64,000 bases of DNA from contig OZ059897.1 of NCBI GenBank assembly GCA_964057225.1, positions 1,178,001 through 1,242,000 on the forward strand. The letters are read 5' to 3'. Under the pieces are notes generated by a model, which saw only the letters and a program-made list of their open reading frames with translations, made no database searches and was not told the DNA's origin. Both the position numbers and the translations under genes were made by a program. This DNA comes from Auanema rhodensis. Its lineage: Eukaryota > Animalia > Nematoda. Positions 14,901 to 28,200 of this stretch are shown here, one piece after another (the first letter of the stretch is position 1; each line of letters starts with the position of its first letter).

Positions 14901-15444
14901 GTGAAATTATTTTGAAATTTTTCGGGAAAATTTTTGTCAAAATGTTTTTGGAAGCAATGTTGAGTGTACATGGAAACTCAACATACACTAATGCATCATT
15001 TTTCAAACGATCATAACTAATTTTTGTATTGAGCGTTTTTTGATGTATTATAGTGCATTCGATACGGATTTTTAAGCTGCTTCGATCTGTGTTATCAGAT
15101 TTGCGCTAGCAAAGAAATGCACCGAGATATCAACTGATATAAGTTCACACTTATATCCTCGATTTTCACCCTGAAGAATTAATTTTTTCGTTGAATAACA
15201 TTGTCCATCGTCTTCGCCTTGAAAAAAGGAATTTAAAAACATCTACTTTTCGTGAAATTATTTTGAAATTTTTCGGGAAAATTTTTGTCAAAATGTTTTT
15301 GGAAGCAATGTTGAGTGTACATGGAAACTCAACATACACTAATGCAACATTTTTCAAACAATCATAAATAATTTTTGTATTGAGCGTTTCTTAATGTATT
15401 ATAGTGCATTCGATACGGATTTTTAAGCTGCTTCGATCTGTGTT
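4915..15444. repeat. Sat-A imperfect 11-monomer periodicity (3861 bp)
   Basis: A rare monomer (CGTTTTTGCCTCG, TTCGCTAAA, ATTAAGCTTTTC) starts at 6319, 10180 and 14041. Monomers 15-21 match 26-32, and 30-33 match 41-44. Confidence 0.8.
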
Positions 15445-18400
15445 ATCAGATTTGCGCTAGCTTAGAAATGCACCGAGATATCAACTGATATAAGTTCACA
15501 CTTATATCCTCGATTTTCACCCTGAAGAATTAATTTTTTCGTTGAATAACATTGTCCATCGTCTTCGCCTTGAAAAAAGGAATTTAAAAACATCTACTTT
15601 TTGTGAAATTATTTTGAAATTTTTCGGGAAAATTTTTGTCAAAATGTTTTTGGAAGCAATGTTGAGTGTACATGGAAACTCAACATACACTAATGCATCA
15701 TTTTTCAAACGATCATAACTAATTTTTGTATTGAGCGTTTTTTAATGTATTATAGTGCATTCGATACGGATTTTTAAGCTGCTTCGATCTGTGTTATCAG
15801 ATTTGCGCTAGCAAAGAAATGCACCGAGATATCAACTGATATAAGTTCACACTTATATCCTCGATTTTCACCCTGAAGAATTAATTTTTTCGTTGAATAA
15901 CATTGTCCATCGTCTTCGCCTTGAAAAAAGGAATTTAAAAACATCTACTTTTCGTGAAATTATTTTGAAATTTTTCGGGAAAATTTTTGTCAAAATGTTT
16001 TTGGAAGCAATGTTGAGTGTACATGGAAACTCAACATACACTAATGCAACATTTTTCAAACAATCATAAATAATTTTTGTATTGAGCGTTTCTTAATGTA
16101 TTATAGTGCATTCGATACGGATTTTTAAGCTGCTTCGATCTGTGTTATCAGATTTGCGCTAGCTTAGAAATGCACCGAGATATCAACTGATATAAGTTCA
16201 CACTTATATCCTCGATTTTCACCCTGAAGAATTAATTTTTTCGTTGAATAACATTGTCCATCGTCTTCGCCTTGAAAAAAGGAATTTAAAAACATCTACT
16301 TTTTGTGAAATTATTTTGAAATTTTTCGGGAAAATTTTTGTCAAAATGTTTTTGGAAGCAATGTTGAGTGTACATGGAAACTCAACATACACTAATGCAT
16401 CATTTTTCAAACGATCATAACTAATTTTTGTATTGAGCGTTTTTTAATGTATTATAGTGCATTCGATACGGATTTTTAAGCTGCTTCGATCTGTGTTATC
16501 AGATTTGCGCTAGCAAAGAAATGCTCCGAGATATCAACTGATATAAGTTCACACTTATATCCTCGATTTTCACCCTGAAGAATTAATTTTTTCGTTGATT
16601 AACATTGTCCATCGTCTTTGCCTTGAAAAAAGGAATCTAAAAACATCTACTTTTTGTGAAATTATTTTGAAATTTTTTGGCAAAATTTTTGTCAAAATGT
16701 TTTTGAAAGCAATGTTGAGTGTACATGGAAACTCAACATACACTAATGCAACATTTTTCAAACGATCATAACTAATTTTTGTATTGAGCGTTTCTTAATG
16801 TATTATAGTGCATTCGATGCGGATTTTTAAGCTGCTTCGATCTGTGTTATCAGATTTGCGCTATCTTAAAAATGCACCGAGATATCAACTGATATAAGTT
16901 CACACTTATATCCTCGATTTTCACCCTGAAGAATTAATTTTTTCGTTGATTAACATTGTCCATCGTCTTTGCCTTGTAAAAAGGAATCTAAAAACATCTA
17001 CTTTTTGTGAAATTATTTTGAATTTTTTTGGCAAAATTTTTGTCAAAATGTTTTTGAAAGCAATGTTGAGTGTACATGGAAACTCAACATACACTAATGC
17101 AACATTTTTCAAACGATCATAACTAATTTTTGTATTGAGCGTTTCTTATTGTATTATAGTGCATTCGATGCGGATTTGTAAGCTGCTTCGATCTGTGTTA
17201 TCAGATTTGCGCTAGCTTAAAAATGCACCGAGATATCAACCGATATAAGTTCACACTTATATCCTCGATTTTCACCCTGAAGAATTAATTTTTTCGTTGA
17301 ATAACATTGTCCATCGTCTTCGCCTTGAAAAAAGAAATCTAAAAACATCTACTTTTCGTAAAATTATCTTGAAATTTTTCAGGAAAATTTTTGTCAAAAT
17401 GTTTTTGAAAGCAATGTTGAGTGTACATGGAAACTCAACATACACTAATGCAACATTTTTCAAACGATCATAACTAATTTTTGTATTGAGCGTTTCTTAT
17501 TGTATTATAGTGCATTCGATGCGGATTTGTAAGCTGCTTCGATCTGTGTTATCAGATTTGCGCTAGCTTAAAAATGCACCGAGATATCAACCGATATAAG
17601 TTCACACTTATATCCTCGATTTTCACCCTGAAGAATTAATTTTTTCGTTGAATAACATTGTCCATCGTCTTCGCCTTGAAAAAAGAAATCTAAAAACATC
17701 TACTTTTCGTAAAATTATCTTGAAATTTTTCAGGAAAATTTTTGTCAAAATGTTTTTGGAAGCAATGTTGAGTGTACATGGAAACTCAACATACACTAAT
17801 GCAACATTTTTCAAACGATCATAACTAATTTTTGTATTGAGCGTTTCTTAATGTATTATAGTGCATTCGATGCGGATTTTTAAGCTGCTTCGATCTGTGT
17901 TATCAGATTTGCGCTAGCTTAAAAATGCACCGAGATATCAACCGATATAAGTTCACACTTATATCCTCGATTTTCACCCTGAAGAATTAATTTTTTCGTT
18001 GAATAACATTGTCCATCGTCTTCGCCTTAAAAAAAAGAATCTAAAAACATCTACTCTTTGTTAAATTATCTTGAAATTTTTCGGGAAAATTTTTGTCAAA
18101 ATGTTTTTGGAAGCAATGTTGAGTGTACATGGAAACTCAACATACACTAATGCATCATTTTTCAAACAATCATAAATAATTTTTGTATTGAGCGTTTCTT
18201 AATGTATTATAGTGCATTCGATGCGGATTTTTAAGCTGCTTCGATCTGTGTTATCAGATTTGCGCTAGCTTAAAAATGCACCGAGATATCAACTGATATA
18301 AGTTCACACTTATATCCTCGATTTTCACCCTGAAGAATTAATTTTTTCGTTGATTAACATTGTCCATCGTCTTTGCCTTGAAAAAAGGAATCTAAAAACA

Positions 18401-21400
18401 TCTACTTTTTGTAAAATTATCTTGAAATTTTTTGGCAAAATTTTTGTCAAAATGTTTTTGGAAGCAATGTTGAGTGTACATGGAAACTCAACATACACTA
18501 ATGCAACATTTTTCAAACGATCATAACTAATTTTTGTATTGAGCGTTTCTTAATGTATTATAGTGCATTCGATGCGGATTTTTAAGCTGCTTCGATCTGT
18601 GTTATCAGATTTGCGCTAGCTTAAAAATGCACCGAGATATCAACTGATATAAGTTCACACTTATATCCTCGATTTTCACCCTGAAGAATTAATTTTTTCG
18701 TTGATTAACATTGTCCATCGTCTTTGCCTTGAAAAAAGGAATCTAAAAACATCTACTTTTTGTGAAATTATTTTGAAATTTTTTGGCAAAATTTTTGTCA
18801 AAATGTTTTTGAAAGCAATGTTGAGTGTACATGGAAACTCAACATACACTAATGCAACATTTTTCAAACGATCATAACTAATTTTTGTATTGAGCGTTTC
18901 TTAATGTATTATAGTGCATTCGATGCGGATTTTTAAGCTGCTTCGATCTGTGTTATCAGATTTGCGCTAGCTTAAAAATGCACCGAGATATCAACTGATA
19001 TAAGTTCACACTTATATCCTCGATTTTCACCCTGAAGAATTAATTTTTTCGTTGATTAACATTGTCCATCGTCTTTGCCTTGAAAAAAGGAATCTAAAAA
19101 CATCTACTTTTTGTGAAATTATTTTGAAATTTTTTGGCAAAATTTTTGTCAAAATGTTTTTGGAAGCAATGTTGAGTGTACATGGAAACTCAACATACAC
19201 TAATGCAACATTTTTCAAACAATCATAAATAATTTTTGTATTGAGCGTTTCTTAATGTATTATAGTGCATTCGATACGGATTTTTAAGCTGCTTCGATCT
19301 GTGTTATCAGATTTGCGCTAGCTTAAAAATGCACCAAGATATCAACTGATATAAGTTCACACTTATATCCTCGATTTTCACCCTGAAGAATTAATTTTTT
19401 CGTTGATTAACATTGTCCATCGTCTTTGCCTTGAAAAAAGGAATCTAAAAACATCTACTTTTTGTGAAATTATTTTGAAATTTTTTGGCAAAATTTTTGT
19501 CAAAATGTTTTTGAAAGCAATGTTGAGTGTACATGGAAACTCAACATACACTAATGCAACATTTTTCAAACGATCATAACTAATTTTTGTATTGAGCGTT
19601 TCTTAATGTATTATAGTGCATTCGATGCGGATTTTTAAGCTGCTTCGATCTGTGTTATCAGATTTGCGCTAGCTTAAAAATGCACCGAGATATCAACTGA
19701 TATAAGTTCACACTTATATCCTCGATTTTCACCCTGAAGAATTAATTTTTTCGTTGATTAACATTGTCCATCGTCTTCGCCTTAAAAAAAAGAATCTAAA
19801 AACATCTACTCTTTGTTAAATTATCTTGAAATTTTTCGGGAAAATTTTTGTCAAAATGTTTTTGGAAGCAATGTTGAGTGTACATGGAAACTCAACATAC
19901 ACTAATGCATCATTTTTCAAACAATCATAAATAATTTTTGTATTGAGCGTTTCTTAATGTATTATAGTGCATTCGATGCGGATTTTTAAGCTGCTTCGAT
20001 CTGTGTTATCAGATTTGCGCTAGCTTAAAAATGCACCGAGATATCAACTGATATAAGTTCACACTTATATCCTCGATTTTCACCCTGAAGAATTAATTTT
20101 TTCGTTGATTAACATTGTCCATCGTCTTTGCCTTGAAAAAAGGAATCTAAAAACATCTACTTTTTGTAAAATTATCTTGAAATTTTTTGGCAAAATTTTT
20201 GTCAAAATGTTTTTGGAAGCAATGTTGAGTGTACATGGAAACTCAACATACACTAATGCAACATTTTTCAAACGATCATAACTAATTTTTGTATTGAGCG
20301 TTTCTTAATGTATTATAGTGCATTCGATGCGGATTTTTAAGCTGCTTCGATCTGTGTTATCAGATTTGCGCTAGCTTAAAAATGCACCGAGATATCAACT
20401 GATATAAGTTCACACTTATATCCTCGATTTTCACCCTGAAGAATTAATTTTTTCGTTGATTAACATTGTCCATCGTCTTTGCCTTGAAAAAAGGAATCTA
20501 AAAACATCTACTTTTTGTGAAATTATTTTGAAATTTTTTGGCAAAATTTTTGTCAAAATGTTTTTGGAAGCAATGTTGAGTGTACATGGAAACTCAACAT
20601 ACACTAATGCAACATTTTTCAAACAATCATAAATAATTTTTGTATTGAGCGTTTCTTAATGTATTATAGTGCATTCGATACGGATTTTTAAGCTGCTTCG
20701 ATCTGTGTTATCAGATTTGCGCTAGCTTAAAAATGCACCAAGATATCAACTGATATAAGTTCACACTTATATCCTCGATTTTCACCCTGAAGAATTAATT
20801 TTTTCGTTGATTAACATTGTCCATCGTCTTTGCCTTGAAAAAAGGAATCTAAAAACATCTACTTTTTGTGAAATTATTTTGAAATTTTTTGGCAAAATTT
20901 TTGTCAAAATGTTTTTGAAAGCAATGTTGAGTGTACATGGAAACTCAACATACACTAATGCAACATTTTTCAAACGATCATAACTAATTTTTGTATTGAG
21001 CGTTTCTTAATGTATTATAGTGCATTCGATGCGGATTTTTAAGCTGCTTCGATCTGTGTTATCAGATTTGCGCTAGCTTAAAAATGCACCGAGATATCAA
21101 CTGATATAAGTTCACACTTATATCCTCGATTTTCACCCTGAAGAATTAATTTTTTCGTTGATTAACATTGTCCATCGTCTTTGCCTTGTAAAAAGGAATC
21201 TAAAAACATCTACTTTTTGTGAAATTATTTTGAAATTTTTCGAAAAAATTTTTGTCAAAATGTTTTTGAAAGCAATGTTGAGTGTACATGGAAACTCAAC
21301 ATACACTAATGCAACATTTTTCAAACGATCATAACTAATTTTTGTATTGAGCGTTTCTTAATGTATTATAGTGCATTCGATGCGGATTTTAAAGCTGCGT

Positions 21401-23517
21401 CGATCTGTGTTATCAGATTTGCGCAAGCAAAGAAATGCACCGAGATATCAACTGATATAAGTTCACACTTATATCCTCGATTTTCACCCTGAAGAATTGA
21501 TTTTTTCGTTGAATAACATTGTCCATCGTTTTTGCCTCGAAAAAAGGAATCTAAAAACATCTACTTTTCGCTAAATTATTTTGAAATTTTTCGAAAAAAT
21601 TTTTGTCAAAATGTTTTTGGAAGCAATGTTGAGTGTACATGGAAACTCAACATACACTAATGCATCATTTTTCAAACGATCATAACTAATTTTTGTATTA
21701 AGCTTTTCTTAATGTATTATAGTGCATTCGATGCGGATTTTTAAGCTGCTTCGATCTGTGTTATCAGATTTGCGCTAGCTTAAAAATGCACCGAGATATC
21801 AACTGATATAAGTTCACACTTATATCCTCGATTTTCACCCTGAAGAATTAATTTTTTCGTTGAATAACATTGTCCATCGTCTTCGCCTTGAAAAAAGAAA
21901 TCTAAAAACATCTACTTTTCGTAAAATTATCTTGAAATTTTTCAGGAAAATTTTTGTCAAAATGTTTTTGGAAGCAATGTTGAGTGTACATGGAAACTCA
22001 ACATACACTAATGCAACATTTTTCAAACGATCATAACTAATTTTTGTATTGAGCGTTTCTTAATGTATTATAGTGCATTCGATGCGGATTTTTAAGCTGC
22101 TTCGATCTGTGTTATCAGATTTGCGCTAGCTTAAAAATGCACCGAGATATCAACTGATATAAGTTCACACTTATATCCTCGATTTTCACCCTGAAGAATT
22201 GATTTTTTCGTTGAATAACATTGTCCATCGTTTTTGCCTCGAAAAAAGGAATCTAAAAACATCTACTTTTCGCTAAATTATTTTGAAATTTTTCGAAAAA
22301 ATTTTTGTCAAAATGTTTTTGGAAGCAATGTTGAGTGTACATGGAAACTCAACATACACTAATGCATCATTTTTCAAACGATCATAACTAATTTTTGTAT
22401 TAAGCTTTTCTTAATGTATTATAGTGCATTCGATGCGGATTTTTAAGCTGCTTCGATCTGTGTTATCAGATTTGCGCTAGCTTAAAAATGCACCGAGATA
22501 TCAACTGATATAAGTTCACACTTATATCCTCGATTTTCACCCTGAAGAATTAATTTTTTCGTTGAATAACATTGTCCATCGTCTTCGCCTTGAAAAAAGA
22601 AATCTAAAAACATCTACTTTTCGTAAAATTATCTTGAAATTTTTCAGGAAAATTTTTGTCAAAATGTTTTTGGAAGCAATGTTGAGTGTACATGGAAACT
22701 CAACATACACTAATGCAACATTTTTCAAACGATCATAACTAATTTTTGTATTGAGCGTTTCTTAATGTATTATAGTGCATTCGATGCGGATTTTTAAGCT
22801 GCTTCGATCTGTGTTATCAGATTTGCGCTAGCTTAAAAATGCACCGAGATATCAACTGATATAAGTTCACACTTATATCCTCGATTTTCAACCTGAAGAA
22901 TTAATTTTTTCGTTGATTAACATTGTCCATCGTCTTTGCCTTGAAAAAAGGAATCTAAAAACATCTACTTTTTGTGAAATTATTTTGAAATTTTTTGGCA
23001 AAATTTTTGTCAAAATGTTTTTGAAAGCAATGTTGAGTGTACATGGAAACTCAACATACACTAATGCATAATTTTTTAAACAATCATAACTAATTTTTGT
23101 ATTGAGCGTTTCTTAATGTATTATAGTGCATTCGATACGGATTTTTAAGCTGCTTCGATCTGTGTTATCAGATTTGCGCTAGCTTAAAAATGCACCGAGA
23201 TATCAACTGATATAAGTTCACACTTATATCCTCGATTTTCACCCTGAAGAATTAATTTTTTCGTTGATTAACATTGTCCATCGTTTTTGCCTTGAAAAAA
23301 GAAATCTAAAAACATCTACTTTTGGTAAAATTATTTTGAAATTTTTCAGGAAAATTTTTGTCAAAATGTTTTTGGAATCAATGTTGAGTGTACATGGAAA
23401 CTCAACATACACTAATGCATAATTTTTTAAACGATCATAACTAATTTTTGTATTGAGCGTTTCTTAATGTATTATAGTGCATTCGATGCGGATTTTTAAG
23501 CTGCGTCGATCTGTGTT

Positions 23518-23798
23518 ATCAGATTTGCGCTAGCTTAGAAATGCACCGAGATATCAACTGATATAAGTTCACACTTATATCCTCGATTTTCACCCTGAAG
23601 AATTAATTTTTTCGTTGAATAACATTGTCCATCGTCTTCGCCTTGAAAAAAGAAATTTAAAAACATCTACTTTTCGTGAAATTATTTTGAAATTTTTCAG
23701 GAAAATTTTTGTCAAAATGTTTTTGGAAGCAATGTTGAGTGTACATGGAAACTCAACATACACTAATGCATAATTTTTTAAACGATCATAACTAAGTT
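23518..23798. other. Truncated Sat-A monomer (281 bp) with a 70-bp internal deletion; deletion junction at 23795/23796
   Basis: The sequence reads ATAACTAA|GTTATCAG, so monomer positions 279-348 are missing. The ORF register shifts by 70 (expected 23941, observed 23871). Confidence 0.95.
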
Positions 23799-25200
23799 AT
23801 CAGATTTGTGCTAGCTTAGAAATGCACCGAGATATCAACTGATATAAGTTCACACTTATATCCTCGATTTTCACCCTGAAGAATTAATTTTTTCGTTGAA
23901 TAACATTGTCCATCGTCTTCGCCTTGAAAAAAGGAATCTAAAAACATCTAGTTTTTGTAAAATTATCCTGAAATTTTTCGGGAAAATTTTTGTCAAAATG
24001 TTTTTGGAAGCAATGTTGAGTGTACATGGAAACTCAACATACACTAATGCATCTTTTTTCAAACAATCATAAATACTTTTGTATTGAGCGTTCCTCAATG
24101 TAGTATAGTGCATTCGAAACGGATTTTTAAGCTGCGTCGATCTGTGTTATCAGATTTGCGCTAGCTTAAAAATGCACCGAGATATCAACTGATATAAGTT
24201 CACACTTATATCCTCGATTTTCACCTTGAAGAATTAATTTTTTCGTTGAATAACATTGTCCATCGTCTTCGCCTTGAAAAAAGAAATCTAAAAACATCTA
24301 CTTTTGGTAAAATTATTTTGAAATTTTTCAGGAAAATTTTTGTCAAAATGTTTTTGGAATCAATGTTGAGTGTACATGGAAACTCAACATACACTAATGC
24401 ATAATTTTTTAAACGATCATAACTAATTTTTGTATTGAGCGTTTCTTAATGTATTATAGTGCATTCGATGCGGATTTTTAAGCTGCGTCGATCTGTGTTA
24501 TCAGATTTGCGCTAGCTTAGAAATGCACCGAGATATCAACTGATATAAGTTCACACTTATATCCTCGATTTTCACCCTGAAGAATTAATTTTTTCGTTGA
24601 TTAACATTGTCCATCGTCTTCGCCTTGAAAAAAGAAATCTAAAAACATCTACTTTTCGTAAAATTATCTTGAAATTTTTCAGGAAAATTTTTGTCAAAAT
24701 GTTTTTGGAAGCAATGTTGAGTGTACATGGAAACTCAACATACACTAATGCAACATTTTTCAAACGATCATAACTAATTTTTGTATTGAGCGTTTCTTAT
24801 TGTATTATAGTGCATTCGATGCGGATTTTTAAGCTGCTTCGATCTGTGTTATCAGATTTGTGCTAGCTTAGAAATGCACCGAGATATCAACTGATATAAG
24901 TTCACACTTATATCCTCGATTTTCACCCTGAAGAATTAATTTTTTCGTTGAATAACATTGTCCATCGTCTTCGCCTTGAAAAAAGGAATCTAAAAACATC
25001 TAGTTTTTGTAAAATTATCCTGAAATTTTTCGGGAAAATTTTTGTCAAAATGTTTTTGGAAGCAATGTTGAGTGTACATGGAAACTCAACATACACTAAT
25101 GCATCTTTTTTCAAACAATCATAAATACTTTTGTATTGAGCGTTCCTCAATGTAGTATAGTGCATTCGAAACGGATTTTTAAGCTGCGTCGATCTGTGTT

Positions 25201-28200
25201 ATCAGATTTGCGCTAGCTTAAAAATGCACCGAGATATCAACTGATATAAGTTCACACTTATATCCTCGATTTTCACCCTGAAGAATTAATTTTTTCGTTG
25301 AATAACATTGTCCATCGTCTTCGCCTTGAAAAAAAAAATCTAAAAACATCTACTTTTCGTAAAATTATCTTGAAATTTTTCAGGAAAATTTTTGTCAAAA
25401 TGTTTTTGGAAGCAATGTTGAGTGTACATGGAAACTCAACATACACTAATGCATCATTTTTCAAACGATCATAACTAATTTTTGTATTGAGCGTTTCTTA
25501 ATGTATTATAGTGCATTCGATGCGGATTTTTAAGCTGCTTCGATCTGTGTTATCAGATTTGCGCTAGCTTAGAAACGCACCGAGATATCAACTGATATAA
25601 GTTCACACTTATATCCTCGATTTTCACCCTGAAGAATTAATTTTTTCGTTGAATAACATTGTCCATCGTCTTCGCCTTGAAAAAAGGAATTTAAAAACAT
25701 CTACTTTTCGTGAAATTATTTTGAAATTTTTCGGGAAAATTTTTGTCAAAATGTTTTTGGAAGCAATGTTGAGTGTACATGGAAACTCAACATACACTAA
25801 TGCATCATTTTTCAAACGATCATAACTAATTTTTGTATTGAGCGTTTTTTGATGTATTATAGTGCATTCGATACGGATTTTCAAGCTGCTTCGATCTGTG
25901 TTATCAGATTTGCGCTAGCAAAGAAATGCACCGAGATATCAACTGATATAAGTTCACACTTATATCCTCGATTTTCACCCTGAAGAATTGATTTTTTCGT
26001 TGAATAACATTGTCCATCGTCTTCGCCTTGAAAAAAGGAATTTAAAAACATCTACTTTTCGTGAAATTATTTTGAAATTTTTCGGGAAAATTTTTGTCAA
26101 AATGTTTTTGGAAGCAATGTTGAGAGTACATGGAAACTCAACATACACTAATGCATCATTTTTCAAACGATCATAACTAATTTTTGTATTGAGCGTTTCT
26201 TAATGTATTATAGTGCATTCAATACGGATTTTTAAGCTGCTTCGATCTGTGTTATCAGATTTGCGCTAGCTTAAAAATGCACCGAGATATCAACTGATAT
26301 AAGTTCACACTTATATCCTCGATTTTCACCCTGAAGAATTAATTTTTTCGTTGAATAACATTGTCCATCGTCTTCGCCTTGAAAAAAGGAATTTAAAAAC
26401 ATCTAGTTTTTGTAAAATTATCCTGAAATTTTTCGGGAAAATTTTTGTCAAAATGTTTTTGGAAGCAATGTTGAGTGTACATGGAAACTCAACATACACT
26501 AATGCATCTTTTTTCAAACAATCATAAATACTTTTGTATTGAGCGTTTCTCAATGTAGTATAGTGCATTCGAAACGGATTTTTAAGCTGCGTCGATCTGT
26601 GTTATCAGATTTGCGCTAGCAAAGAAATGCACCGAGATATCAACTGATATAAGTTCACACTTATATCCTCGATTTTCACCCTGAAGAATTAATTTTTTCG
26701 TTGAATAACATTGTCCATCGTCTTCGCCTTGAAAAAAGGAATCTAAAAACATCTAGTTTTTGTAAAATTATCCTGAAATTTTTCGGGAAAATTTTTGTCA
26801 AAATGTTTTTGGAAGCAATGTTGAGTGTACATGGAAACTCAACATACACTAATGCATCATTTTTCAAACAATCATAACTAATTTTTGTATTGAGCGTTTC
26901 TTAATGTATTATAGTGCATTCGATGCGGATTTTTAAGCTGCTTCGATCTGTGTTATCAGATTTACGCTAGCTTAGAAATGCACCGAGATATCAACTGATA
27001 TAAGTTCACACTTATATCCTCGATTTTCACCCTGAAGAATTAATTTTTTTTTGTTGAATAACATTGTCCATCGTCTTCGCCTTGAAAAAAGGAATTTAAA
27101 AACATCTACTTTTCGTGAAATTGTTTTGAAATTTTTCGGGAAAATTTTTGTCAAAATGTTTTTGGAAGCAATGTTGAGCGTACATGGAAACTCAACATAC
27201 ACTAATGCATCATTTTTCAAACGATCATAACTAATTTTTGTATTGAGCGTTTCTTAATGTATTATAGTGCATTCGATGCGGATTTTTAAGCTGCGTTGAT
27301 CTGTGTTATCAGATTTGCGCTAGCAAAGAAATGCACCGAGATATCAACTGATATAAGTTCACACTTATATCCTCGATTTTCACCCTGAAGAATTAATTTT
27401 TTCGTTGAATAACATTGTCCATCGTCTTCGCCTTGAAAAAAGGAATCTAAAAACATCTAGTTTTTGTAAAATTATCCTGAAATTTTTCGGGAAAATTTTT
27501 GTCAAAATGTTTTTGGAAGCAATGTTGAGTGTACATGGAAACTCAACATACACTAATGCATCTTTTTTCAAACAATCATAAATACTTTTGTATTGAGCGT
27601 TTCTCAATGTAGTATAGTGCATTCGAAACGGATTTTTAAGCTGCGTCGATCTGTGTTATCAGATTTGCGCTAGCAAAGAAATGCACCGAGATATCAACTG
27701 ATATAAGTTCACACTTATATCCTCGATTTTCACCCTGAAGAATTAATTTTTTCGTTGAATAACATTGTCCATCGTCTTCGCCTTGAAAAAAGGAATCTAA
27801 AAACATCTAGTTTTTGTAAAATTATCCTGAAATTTTTCGGGAAAATTTTTGTCAAAATGTTTTTGGAAGCAATGTTGAGTGTACATGGAAACTCAACATA
27901 CACTAATGCATCATTTTTCAAACAATCATAACTAATTTTTGTATTGAGCGTTTCTTAATGTATTATAGTGCATTCGATGCGGATTTTTAAGCTGCTTCGA
28001 TCTGTGTTATCAGATTTGCGTTAGCTTAGAAATGCACCGAGATATCAACTGATATAAGTTCACACTTATATCCTCGATTTTCACCCTGACGAATTAATTT
28101 TTTCGTTGAATAACATTGTCCATCGTCTTCGCCTTGAAAAAAGGAATTTAAAAACATCTACTTTTCGTGAAATTGTTTTGAAATTTTTCGGGAAAATTTT

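Noticed and set aside
27040-27056. 2-bp longer T-tract (TAATTTTTTTTTGTTG) shifting the Sat-A register
   Set aside because: It is a single homopolymer-length change, which may be slippage or a sequencing/consensus error, and is not informative.
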